Part shown: piece after piece, positions 13,328 through 24,047 of the stretch
Numbering within the stretch: the first letter of the stretch is position 1
Layout of the letters: each line of letters starts with the position of its first letter
Source: Pelomyxa schiedti
Lineage: Eukaryota > Protista > Evosea
DNA: 64,000 bases
Direction: 5' to 3'
Assembly (NCBI GenBank): GCA_020536535.1
Contig: JAHLWZ010000150.1
Location: 7,477-71,476 of the forward strand
Position numbers and translations under genes: made by a program
The notes under the pieces: generated by a model
Seen by the model: the letters and a program-made list of their open reading frames with translations, nothing else
What the model was told of the DNA's origin: nothing
Database searches by the model: none

Positions 13328-15332
13328 ATGGGTCTCGACATTTTGTTGTTCCGAGCAGACAACGCGGACGGACAGGGGCCTGAGTCTGTAAGGGACTCTC
13401 AGCGACGTCGTTTTGCCCCCGTTGAGCTCGTCGACGAAGTAATCCGTCTCGATCAAGAGTGGAGAACCGGTATCATATCACGCGTCCTTTTTCCCATTCA
13501 ACTCTATGGGTTTTTTTTTCCCCCGTTTTTCCGTTCCTCTATGTTACCAGTTTCTTACGGGGTGTGATAGCGCGATTCAACTTGGACCAGGCCAATAAGG
13601 AGCTTGGGAGACTGAAAAAGTCCATTGGTGAAATGCAGATTGCCAAGAAGAAGGGCAAAGCTGTCTCCGCCGAGGACGAGCAAGCCGCACTCGCCAAGAA
13701 AGTTGCTCTCGAGGCCAGCCTCGAGGGTCTTGAGCACAAGGAGGAAGAAGCCAAGAACGCCGTGGATGCCAAGTTGCCTCACATTGGAAACATTGTGCAC
13801 CCTTCCGTGCCTGTCAGCGCCGATGAGGTGTGTCAAGAATATCTTTCTTCTAATTATTGTTATTATGGTGTATTGTTATGACTGGTATAAGATTTTAATG
13901 AATTGGGGGTGTCCGTTGTAAATTCTTTTCTTGTAGAAGGACAACTTGGTTTACAAGACGTGGGGCGAGCCTGTGCCCCTTGAAGGTGGACACTATCACT
14001 CTGAGCTTCTTGCTATGATTGATGGTTATGACCAAGAAAGAGGTTTGATAATTTTCGTACTGTTTTCTCCCTATTAAGTGCAGTGACGATTTTGGGTTTT
14101 GTAGAAATTTTTACTCGAGTAACTGACTCTTGATAAAGGTACAAAGGTTGGCGGCCACCGTGCATACTTCCTCAAGGGATGGGGTGTTAAGCTCAATCTT
14201 GCTCTCATCAACTACGGCATTACCTTCCTCGAATCAAAGGGCTACACACCAATGCACACACCCTTCTTCATGAAGAAAACTGTGATGGCACTTACTGCAC
14301 AGCTATCAGAGTTTGACGACCAGCTCTACAAGGTCGGAGAGGGGACTGTGAAGGATCCTGATGACTATGATGAGAAGTACCTCATTGCAACCTCAGAGCA
14401 ACCTTTGTCCGGTTTCCATCTTGGAGAGTGGATGGTACCGTCATCACTTCCCCTCAAGTACTGTGGCTACAGCACAAACTTCAGGAAGGAGGCTGGTGCT
14501 CACGGCAGGGTACGCTTTCTTTTGTTTTGTTCTCGAATTTTCCAACCATTGTTAGGATACATGGGGAATCTTCCGTGTACATCAGTTTGAGAAGATTGAG
14601 CAGTTTGTTTTGAGCAAACCAAGCGAGTCATGGGCCGTGCATGAGGAAATGCTTGCCACTGCAGAAGAATTCTACCAATCAGTACGCCGCAATTCGGCCA
14701 TTCTTTCCCTTAATATCTCGATAGCTTGGCTTCTCTTACCGAGTTGTTTCAATTGTAAGTGGTGCTCTTAACAACGCTGCCGCTAAGAAGTACGACCTTG
14801 AAGCATGGTTCCCCAAGTTCAGGGAGTTCAAAGAGCTCGTCTCTTGCTCAAATTGCACTGACTACCAAGCTCGATCACTCGAGGTATTTCTTTTTCAACT
14901 ACAAGAAAATAGCCGTTCTGAAATTTGCTTCCACAGGTGAGGTGCGGCATGAAGAAGGAGGGAGTCAAGAAGAAGGAATACGTCCACATGCTCAACAGCA
15001 CACTTTGCGCAACTGAGCGAACTCTGTGCTGCCTCCTTGAGAACTGCCAAACGCCACAAGGTATCAGAGTGCCGGCACCACTTAGACCATTCTTGGGTGG
15101 TGTGGAGATAATTCCCTACACGAAGCCGTGCCCCAAGAGGCCATCCACTGTCCCCGCTCCAACAGCAGCCGCTACTACTACAACAACCTCATCAGCAACA
15201 GCATCCACAACAACAACAGCTACTCCAGCAAGTACCCCAGTTACTACCCCAGCTGTTACCCCAGCTACTACACCAGCTGTTACCCCTGCAGCTGAGACAC
15301 CCGCCAAGCCCACAACTGGAGGAAGCTCATAA
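13328..15332 (+). CDS. SARS1: Cytosolic seryl-tRNA synthetase, multi-exon, with Thr/Pro/Ala-rich C-terminal tail
   Basis: [88 protein letters not shown]. Confidence 0.97.
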
Positions 15333-15445
15333 CACCCACAGTTCCACAAGACAATCCACTTGTTCTTTTGAAAATGAGGAAAAAAATGCACTTTACAAGC
15401 CAATTGGTTTTTTTTTACAGTACAGTGGTTTTGTGGAGTAGAATG

Positions 15446-17027
15446 TTACGTTAGGGAGAGTAGAAACTGACGAAGGTTGTCAGGGGTCGAGGCGTGCCGC
15501 CGTACTACATTTAAGTAGAGAGAGGAATACTTTACAGTTGAAATGAGGTGTGACTTGTCTTTGGCGGAGCAGTTTTGAAGAACATCCAACCACTCTTTCA
15601 CTACCTGTGGGATAGGTAAGTTCTATTAAGGGGTTTGACTGTAGTGAATGTACCCCAATATTACTGGACTGAAGATAGGGGTTCGTTGGAGAGCAACGAT
15701 CCCATAAGACCAGGGATCCTGTTAGAGCATAGGCAGCGAGATTTTCATCACAAAAGAATATCGTGGACAGACGGTGTTCTAGACTTTAGTTGACGTAAAA
15801 ATTGGTATGAAAGGAGGATTCATCGTACCAGTTAAGGGAGCCGGGATCTGGAGTTAACATGCACGCATACGAATTAGCAAGCAGAACCAATTTGTCGAGA
15901 ACTTGAAGGGGCATAAGATGTGTTATACATGATTGAAGTTCTCGGGTCATTGGATCTACAAGAAATATCACAAACAATAGTTGAGAAATAGACCTCACCA
16001 GAATTAGCAAAGAAAAAAGCCATGGAATTAATCAAAGAGGAATCCTTCTTGGAATCTTCCGGCATCGTGTCAAGTAAACGGTGATAGTAAGCTAGAGTGT
16101 TTTGTAAGTGCGGTTTGGACATCTATCGAAAGTTCAGAATATAGGGAATAAGGAACTTATACTTTGATGTTATCAAATTTTATTGCGAATTCGAGCATTT
16201 GGCAAAAGTCGAGAACACTCCAAGCAAAGGAAGAACTTGTAGGAGGAAGTGTCACAATAGAACTCACAGCAACTTTACACTTAGCATCTTGTGTGTGTTA
16301 TGGGATACATTTCAGAGAAGTATTGTACTCAATTCTTGTCCAAACTTATAATATTCCAGGAGTTCATTTATGATGGCCATTATCGAAGGCATAGCTTCTT
16401 CATGAATGCCAGCAAATTTGTATGCCTGCAGGCCTTATTTTGGTGACTGACGTTTTTGTAATGTTTATTATGTGGCTCTCAGGCTTAATAGTGTTTTGTG
16501 ACTGAAAAAAAAAAAAAGTAGTGGCACCTCCGAAATAAGAGACGCACAACCCTGTAATTGCTCTATTTTTAGTATGAATTCTCTTCCCCTGTCAAAAAAA
16601 TCTGGCACCAAGAGTCATGCACGCGTCAATAAGTTGAAACAAGTACTCACCACAGCGTTCCCATCTCAACACGGCCAATTTCCAAGAACTCTCAGCTTTC
16701 ACAGCCACACGCATCAGCACCTTTGCCAAACCTATTACATATTTATAAAAAAGAAGGTCAGAAATGATAAGAGTCCGTTCACAGCCATAACAACAAACGG
16801 TAATCAATGGTGACACAAGAAGAGTGCGAAGTACCTTCCCAAACGACCTCGTCGTTGGCCAACAGACGAAGTGACTTGCACGTCGCGGACACGTTGCGGA
16901 GCGAGACGCAGTCCAAGAACGACAGCACCAACTTGATCACGTGCTCAGGCATGCCCGAAAAGCCACACGGCCACCACCCCTCCCCGTCCGACGGAGTCGT
17001 GGTAGTTGGTGTCGCTGCGTCCCCCAT
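15446..17027 (-). CDS. F-box / CYRI (FAM49, DUF1394) fusion protein, multi-exon
   Basis: N-terminal F-box FSGMPEHVIKLVLSFLDCVSLRNVSATCKSLRLLANDEVVW splices in frame to QLQGCASLISEAY..LLEYYKFGQEL..MLEFAIKFDNIKMSKPHLQNTLAYYHRLL..MAFFFAN..LTGSLVLWDRC..LISTVKYSSLYLN, collinear with FAM49 motifs. Confidence 0.8.
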
Positions 17028-17069
17028 CACTGATCCAACAACACTAAAATCGTTCGCCGCTTCTCACTT

Positions 17070-17169
17070 NNNNNNNNNNNNNNNNNNNNNNNNNNNNNNN
17101 NNNNNNNNNNNNNNNNNNNNNNNNNNNNNNNNNNNNNNNNNNNNNNNNNNNNNNNNNNNNNNNNNNNNN
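17070..17169. other. Assembly gap (100 N)
   Basis: Run of N. Confidence 1.
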
Positions 17170-19105
17170 AACAAGGAGTTGGCCAGAGAGAACAAGGAGT
17201 TGCTGAAAAAGAACCTGGCACTGGCTAGTGAGAAAGAAGAGCTAAAAAGTTTAAATAAAACCCTTGCGACATCTCTCGACGAATTGAACAACCTGTGTAA
17301 GGTAGACTACATCTTTCACATTCTTTCGTTTTTACGTAGTTGTTTATTTTATTTTATTTTTTTAATTTTATTTTGTATTTGCAGAGTGAAAGAGACCAAA
17401 ATGCCAGGAGACTATCTCTTTGCGCAAAGAAAACCGAGGAAACTACAACAGGTTGTAGTGCATCATACTTCAGTGACAGGACAGAACAAAAAGCACGCCG
17501 ACAGTACCTTAGAACAATGAAGGAGATGGAGGAGGAAGGTCCAATTAAACTGTGGACTCAAAGCCCACTTTGGAATAAGCTTACAACTGGTATATCCGAA
17601 TTCACGGGCAATGGTGTGCATTGTGACAGTCCATAGGAGAAAGTGAGAAAAAGCATCTACAACCAGCCTTTTCTGAGTTAATCACTTCTCTTGAGAAAGG
17701 GAGCTGTGGGCTTATCCATTTACAAGATACTCATTCAACGTTGTTGCATTCCTTTCTTGTGGTTTTTTGACTGCGTTTAAAGAGGATTCAAATTGGGGAA
17801 GCATCATGTGAAGCCAGGTGCTGTAGGCTTGATGACTGCCCGGGCTCATCCTATCCCACTGGAAGTCGCTTTCTTTGTGGAGTTAAAATCAAAGAAGCTC
17901 CCTATAGAAAAGGCTGTTGGACAAGTAGTGCGATATTGTGTAATTTTGATGAAGCAATGTCCTCCCGTTTTCCGGGAACGGGTAAGGTTCTGCTCCTACT
18001 CGATATTTTTGTAACACATTGAAGGCAGTTGGGGTTGCAACAAATGGCAGGGACACACGGCTTATTGAAGTCAGTCGGGACGATATCGAAACTCAAAATT
18101 ACCAGGTACTTAACATTTAGCAACCTGTACTTTAACACTTCAAGTGCTTCAACTTTGATGAGTTCCCTTTGGCGCAACTGCTTGGTACTTTGCTGAGCCA
18201 AAACAAGGAATTCCTTCTTGGTGCAAATTCATTGGAACCCTTTGAATTCAATGGGGAAACCATCTTGCCTGAACGTCCTCTGTCGCATGGAGCAACTAGC
18301 AGAGTATTTGTAGGTGTGTACTCAATGTGTACTTTGCCCAACTTGACTGACTATATCCAGACAATTACAAGAAAGTCTGGAAAGTTGCCAGAGACGAGGC
18401 ACTTTTTCCTGTTCTGGAGAAAGAGGCTGATTTGTTACAACGGTTTTTTCGGGTGTAGTACCAGAAGTTTGTCAACCCTATTAACGCCAACATTAAAAGG
18501 AACATATTACAGGCGTACCAACTGTAACCGGGCAAGTGAGTCACGGATTTTGCATGGAAGAATGTGGCACTCTCCTGAGAGAAAACAGGTTACTTCTGCG
18601 AGGACTCAGCCATCAATATGTGGATACCCTCAAGCTAGTTGGCGCTTTGAATTATGTTCACAGAGATTTGAGACCTGCAAATGTGTGCTAAGCAAATTAT
18701 TTTGCCTTGTTCATAATAACACACCAGCTTCTTGTGTGCAATGGAAAAGCATTGATCATTGACTGGGGATTTGCTGTATGCTGTGGCATTAACGGATACC
18801 AGGGGACTATCCGCTATGCCTCCTTCAGAGTTTGGAAGCAACTATCAGCAAACCGGTTTACTGTTGGAACTCCGACTGACGTGCAACTGGCAGACGATCT
18901 CGAGTCCCTTGTTCTTTCCATTGCCGCACTAAGTGTTGCAGGTTATGACAAGACGGTGCTTGGTACCCAACTCCAGGACATTTGGACCAATGTTTGGGAT
19001 CCAATTTTCAGTCCAACAAGTGCCTGGAGCCCTCTTCTGGATGCAGCCCGAACCTGTAACTATTCTGAGCTCCACCGTCTGTTTGACGCCCTTCTTTTTC
19101 CATAG
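17170..19105 (+). CDS. Coiled-coil + PD-(D/E)XK-like domain + protein kinase (Crinkler-associated / fungal-type kinase architecture); 5' end lies in the assembly gap
   Basis: KELARENKELLKKNLAL heptads; VKPG..FFVELKSKK..AVGQVVRY..GVATNGRD; LSHGATSRVF, MEECG, VHRDLRPAN, IIDWGFA, GTIRYAS, DDLESLV. Confidence 0.75.
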
Positions 19106-19174
19106 TCTTGCGAAGAACCCAATTCACTTCACAGTAATTCTACAGAATGAAGAATATTGTGTTGTCAAATTCTA

Positions 19175-20599
19175 TCAGTGACCATTTGTGTCCCTTAGCA
19201 AAGAGTCGAGTTCTGCTTGGACTTGGGGGTTGGTGATGAAGGAGTTGCCTAGATACAGGCACTGTGACTGAGGCATGAAGGTGTCACAAGTAGTGATGGC
19301 TGAGTCTTCTGATGTAATCAGCTCCACTGTGCACCCGTGGACGAGTGCCATTGGACAACCTGCCAATTATCGTCACTATCAGAAAGGCGATTGTTGTACC
19401 TACGCTCATCCGCTTCACCCATAACTATTTGTGCCATAGAACTGAGGTTGTCAGCGAGGGCCTGATTTGTGATGCGGAGAGGCCTACCAAATAGATCGTT
19501 GCACTCGAGTTTGTTTACAATTGATCTATATGAAAATAAAAGGGAAAACGGAAAAAAGTTTAGTCAGTGGCATACTTGATTCCACACACAGCTACGGCGA
19601 GGCCAGACGTACCTTTTCTAAGAGGCTGAACTGTGCTATCTGTCATTATAACTCCAACATGCACTCCCCACCTCCGATAGATTTCTGGTAAAGACCATCT
19701 TAAGCTTCAAAACAGAGAAAAGGGCAAGAAAATACCTCTCCAAAGTTTAAGGACAGTTAAATCCGTATTCCTTGGAAATCTAATGAAGTTTCCTTCACCA
19801 GAATTGCTCCGGTCAATACCAGAGTTAGGTAAAATGAGTCCCTTTCTCATGGTGGTGATTACATGTGGGGCATCTAGCTTAATCTTAATATGGAATGTTG
19901 GTTAATTGGTTACATGCATCCGACAATAGAGTCTGCATCATCCAAAATCGCCTGAATAAATTCAGGAGGCAGCATAGTCCTGCAAGATAAGTATTAGTTA
20001 GTTAAGGAGGGANNNNNNNNNNNNNNNNNNNNNNNNNNNNNNNNNNNNNNNNNNNNNNNNNNNNNNNNNNNNNNNNNNNNNNNNNNNNNNNNNNNNNNNN
20101 NNNNNNNNNNNNGGAATGTTGGTTAATTGGTTACATGCATCCGACAATAGAGTCTGCATCATCCAAAATCGCCTGAATAAATTCAGGAGGCAGCATAGTC
20201 CTGCAAGATAAGTATTAGTTAGTTAAGGAGGGACGGGGAAAGAGGCACTTTGTAGCCAGTGGTGCAGCCAGTGGTGAAGTCACTTTGATTGAAGCAAGCG
20301 AGAACCTCTCCCCCTCAATGAGGCCACATACTTTGCTTGACACCACAATCACGTCTCCTTCCTTTGTTTCCACGAACCTACAACTTTAAAAAACCCACAC
20401 GTAACAAACAAACAAACAAACAAACAAAAAAACCATTCAAAAAAAAGGGAAAAAAATGCCCCCCAAACGAAACAAACAAACCAACCTGAGGAGCGGCAAC
20501 AGACCCAGAATCAATAGCGCGTTGTAGTACCTCCAGCAGATCGTCGCCCTCGTGTAACACACGCCACGCCTTAACTCCGCTGCAACACACCCGCGACAT
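19175..20599 (-). CDS. cofE: CofE-family F420-0:gamma-glutamyl ligase homologue, with spliceosomal introns
   Basis: Spliced motifs in order: EGDDLLEVL, EGDVIVVSSKVCGLIEG, PPEFIQAILDDA, LILPNSGIDRSNSGEG, VGVIMTDSTVQPLRKGTSGLAVAVCG, DLFGRPLRITNQALADNL, IVMGEADERCPMALVHG. These match the F420_ligase family pattern along the whole length. Confidence 0.85.
20013..20112. other. Assembly gap (100 N) flanked by an identical 121-bp direct repeat (19892-20012 and 20113-20233)
   Basis: Run of N with the same sequence on both sides; likely unmerged contig overlap. Confidence 0.95.
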
Positions 20600-20853
20600 C
20601 ACACGCCCCCTTGGCCTCCTCGTGGGCTCTTATTTATTAGTTTATTGTGCCCCAACAGATCTGTCTGTGATTGAACTTCGCTGAGCCGGTGCATTCCATC
20701 TTCGCCGATGAACCTTTTTTTCTTTTTTTAGTTGTTGTGTCTGTGTTGAGCAATTAAAAACTGTGTTGTTGAGGGCAGGTTGGATTTCAATGCTCAACCA
20801 AGGTAAGCTGAATATGATAATATTATATGTTATACTGAAGGACGGTGTGTGGG

Positions 20854-22077
20854 TCAGTGGAGAATTCTGAACCTACCACTAATAGGGTAGTGGTCCGAGA
20901 GTTCCATTGCGGTTTTGGAGCCACCCTTGCGTGATGGAAGGCTGAAGCTTGTGTTGTCCTGAACGGCAACTTCCAGGGGCAAAATGTTTCGGACAAAGAA
21001 GTAGTCTAGCCTGTAGCTTTCGGTGCCGTGTGAGAAGAACTGCTTCAGGGAGTTCCTGCTGTCACTGGTCAGGAAGAGTTGGTTTGTTGTTGTCACTGCT
21101 ACAGTAGAGGTTGAGGGCGGAATTTCCGGCTTTATTGCAGTTGTAGTTGTGGTAGTTGCCTCACTATTTTCTGCAATGCTGGAACTTGTTTCCACTGTCG
21201 TGGTACTTGATGTGACTTCCGCACCGGTTGTTCCTCCAGTTTCTGCTGAAGGTGTACTGTGCGCCATTGGTACAGCACTTGGCGGAGAGAAGGTAAGTGG
21301 GTGAAGCATTCGAAATGCATCACGAAGACCCTTCGAGGCTAGCTGCTCACACATAATGGAGTACTGCCCAGTATAAGCGGTGTAGTCAAGGTTGAGTTCA
21401 GCAATGTTCATATCACCCATCAGAATCACCGGCTCGTTCCCGTCCGGAATCACAGACAGAACTTTCCGCATGTTCTCCTCCCTGCAGTCCAGAATCTCCC
21501 TAGCATTTGGGTTCGAGTAGCAGTCTGAGCCAACAACAGCAAATCCGGCCTGCAAATGTGTGACAATGATTCTGACACCGTCAACAACGACGCTAGAAAC
21601 GCCTTTGCAAGCAAAAGCGTCCCAGCCCGCCAGCTTCTCGAATTTCACAAACGTGCATTTGTCGAATGCCTTGGGCTTCTTGCACAAAAGCAGGATCCCG
21701 CCTCCCATAAGCGGCGAAAACGCGCTCCCGCGGAAGGCCAGCATCGAGTTGTACAGCCGCGCGACCGATCGCGCGATCGAGTCGGCCAGCGACGTGCTCC
21801 AGACCTCGCACAGGGCAACGAAATCGGCCCCCGACGACATAATTAGTCGCGAGATCGCGGCGGCGCGGTCGGCGTCGTAGTAGGCGAGATTCCGCGCGAA
21901 CGTGGCCGCGAAGGTCCCCGCGAAGAGGTGCGTGTTCAGAAACAGGAACCTCCGTATTTCGACGTCGTTGTCGTCGCCGCTGCCGCTGTCATTTCCAGGT
22001 TTTTTAGGACTGAGGAGGCTCTCGTTGGCGCAACTTGACGCTCCGAAGGATGAGCCTCCTGAAGGAGAGGCCGCCAT
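20854..22077 (-). CDS. Endonuclease/exonuclease/phosphatase family enzyme, sphingomyelinase C / neutral SMase-like; intronless
   Basis: Single ORF with FLNTHLF, VALCEVW, KGV, VTHLQA, LMGDMNI, RLDYFFV, SDHYP; Thr/Ser-rich insert before the last motifs. Confidence 0.85.
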   Translation of the reverse strand: MAASPSGGSSFGASSCANESLLSPKKPGNDSGSGDDNDVEIRRFLFLNTHLFAGTFAATFARNLAYYDADRAAAISRLIMSSGADFVALCEVWSTSLADSIARSVARLYNSMLAFRGSAFSPLMGGGILLLCKKPKAFDKCTFVKFEKLAGWDAFACKGVSSVVVDGVRIIVTHLQAGFAVVGSDCYSNPNAREILDCREENMRKVLSVIPDGNEPVILMGDMNIAELNLDYTAYTGQYSIMCEQLASKGLRDAFRMLHPLTFSPPSAVPMAHSTPSAETGGTTGAEVTSSTTTVETSSSIAENSEATTTTTTAIKPEIPPSTSTVAVTTTNQLFLTSDSRNSLKQFFSHGTESYRLDYFFVRNILPLEVAVQDNTSFSLPSRKGGSKTAMELSDHYPISGRFRILH

Positions 22078-22243
22078 TTGTTCGGTGAAGTTTTGATTTT
22101 CGTTCGAACGGAAGTTTGTGATTGTTTTATGCAAAAAATGTTCAGGTCTAGACCGAGGGGCCAAGGGGAAGTCAAATGTACAATTGGGGACTTTATTTAT
22201 CTTGCAAGTGGTGTATTGGGGTGAGGTATTGAGGGAGGGCCGG

Positions 22244-23080
22244 TTACTCTTGATACTCAAATACTAGTTTATACAGGTCTGGTTCCAGGTGAGCCAGTTG
22301 CACATGGCAGTTTCGTGCATGCCATGATGCATTCAACCCATCAATAAAGCTGTTGAGATTGGATAGTGTTGACCCGTATGAGACATGCCCGACACTGGCT
22401 CCGGTTCCGCCACCAAGAGCTCCTCCAGCAACTGTATAATATTATATTAGGGAAAAAGGAAAACCAAGACACAAAACACAGGGTGTTAAATGGTACGTAG
22501 ATGTCTGTGATCTTCTTATATTGGGTGTTTTTTGTTTTTTTGTATTGCTTTGAAGCATACGTAAAATTCCAGCAGAAAAAGGAATCCCCATTCCAAGGGT
22601 AGCTATACCCACTACCGCAGCCACTGGAGCTGCCACCAGAGTGCCCACGAGAGTGCCGTACTTTGCTCCCTGTTTTAGTACATTAACTAACGAGCCATGT
22701 AACTGCGGCTTTTTATAATACATTACCGTTGATTTGGGGTGGCACTCGTGCACAATGTGGTTTACTTTGCTGATGATGTCATTGTACTCAGCTGGCAAAA
22801 CCAAAAGGCGCAGCAACTGCGGCGGCATCGAGTTGTCAAACAGTTGCCCTGTCGTTCGACTAACCACTATTGTCTTGGTGACGACTAGTCCGGGTTGCAG
22901 CATGGACCGGTTTTCAACGGTTTTTTTTTTTTTTGTGCTTGGCCAAGTTGAAAAACATTCTTTGGCTTTTGATGGCACCAAGTCGATCAGGACTTGCAAA
23001 TGCGGTTCCCTTTCCTGTTGCATAATAGCCGCTGCGTTTTGTGGGCTGTCTTGTGGCAAGACATTTGTTGCAAGCAACAA
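22244..23080 (-). CDS. Hypothetical protein with hydrophobic hairpin, weakly ERF4/Golgin-A7-like
   Basis: FDNSMPPQLLRLLVLPAEYNDIISKVN, Gly/Ala-rich hydrophobic stretch, last exon LNSFIDGLNASWHARNC. Confidence 0.4.
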
Positions 23081-23210
23081 CGCTAAAGAGGAAGAAGAAA
23101 ACTAGTGTTCAAAACACTTATTATTATCTTCTGAAAGGGTATTCACCCACACACATTTACAACTGGGGATTCATTTGTCAAAGTGGAAGCGTAATCGCCG
23201 CACTTGCTGC

Positions 23211-23786
23211 TCAAGACGACGACTTGCTGGAATCCACAGAGGCACTGCTAGAGTTGAACTTGGTGACGGCCTTTGTCCCCTCGCTCACAGCGTGCTTGGC
23301 CAGCTCACCGGGCAGCAAGAGCCTGACTGCGGTCTGGATTTCCCTGCTTGTGATGGTGTGCCTCTTGTTGTAGTGAGCAAGTCGAGAGCTCTCAAGGGCC
23401 AGGCGCTCAAAAATGTCGTGCACAAAGCTGTCCATGATGGCCATAGCCTTCTTGCTTATTCCAGTGTCAGGGTGCACTTGTTTCAACACCTTGGGTTTGT
23501 GTGATTAGAATTGTGTCTATTTACGCGGGTGACACAAACAAAGGTAACGCCGCGAGCATGGGAACAACACCAAAAAACCAATAAAAACAAAACGATAAAA
23601 CGCGAACGATACCTTGTAGATGTAGGTCGAGAATGAGCTGAAGTTGCTCTTGCGGTGTTTGTGCTTGTCATCCTGACTGGCGCTTGTGCTGCTCTTCTTG
23701 GGCGCTGCTTTCTTCGATGTTGTGGCACCTGCGTCTTTCTTCTTTGTCGCCGCGGCGTCCTTCTTTCCTCTTCCTTCTCCTGGCAT
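23211..23786 (-). CDS. H2B: Histone H2B, one intron (23490-23612)
   Basis: FSTYIYK|[49 protein letters not shown]; canonical GT-AG intron in frame. Confidence 0.97.
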
Positions 23787-23849
23787 TTTGGCTTGTTTGC
23801 TTTGTTTGTTGTTTGTTGTTTGTTTGTGGGCTTTTGCTTGTCGCGAGTT

Positions 23850-23950
23850 GTTTTTTTATAAAGAAATGATTAAAATTTTCTTGATCCTTTTTCTTAGTCA
23901 GCCGAGCAGGCGATTTAAATTACGTAATTCGAAGGATTTCTGACCAATAG
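23850..23950 (-). promoter_or_regulatory. Putative H2B promoter (TATA-like and CCAAT elements)
   Basis: TATAAAA on the minus strand ~70 nt upstream of the ATG; CCAAT at ~23944. Confidence 0.35.
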
Positions 23951-24047
23951 CAGAACAGTTTTTTTGGACCGGAAAGAAAAGAAAAATAGAAAGAAACCCA
24001 AAAAAAAAAGAGGCCAATTTCTAAGTCCCTGGACCAGATCCGGGCGA

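Noticed and set aside
16590-16600. Apparent premature stop or frameshift (GARFF*) in the F-box-CYRI gene
   Set aside because: It lies inside a plausible GTGAGT...AATAG intron whose removal keeps the frame (RC|EQLQG).
19892-20233. Perfect 121-bp direct repeat inside cofE, which could look like an exon duplication or TSD
   Set aside because: The copies directly flank a 100-N scaffold gap and are identical, which is typical of an unmerged contig overlap.
20380-20500. (CAAA)n and poly-A runs here and in many other places (e.g. 33110, 42510, 43840)
   Set aside because: Intronic or UTR low-complexity tracts; no spacer-repeat structure, so not CRISPR or satellite.
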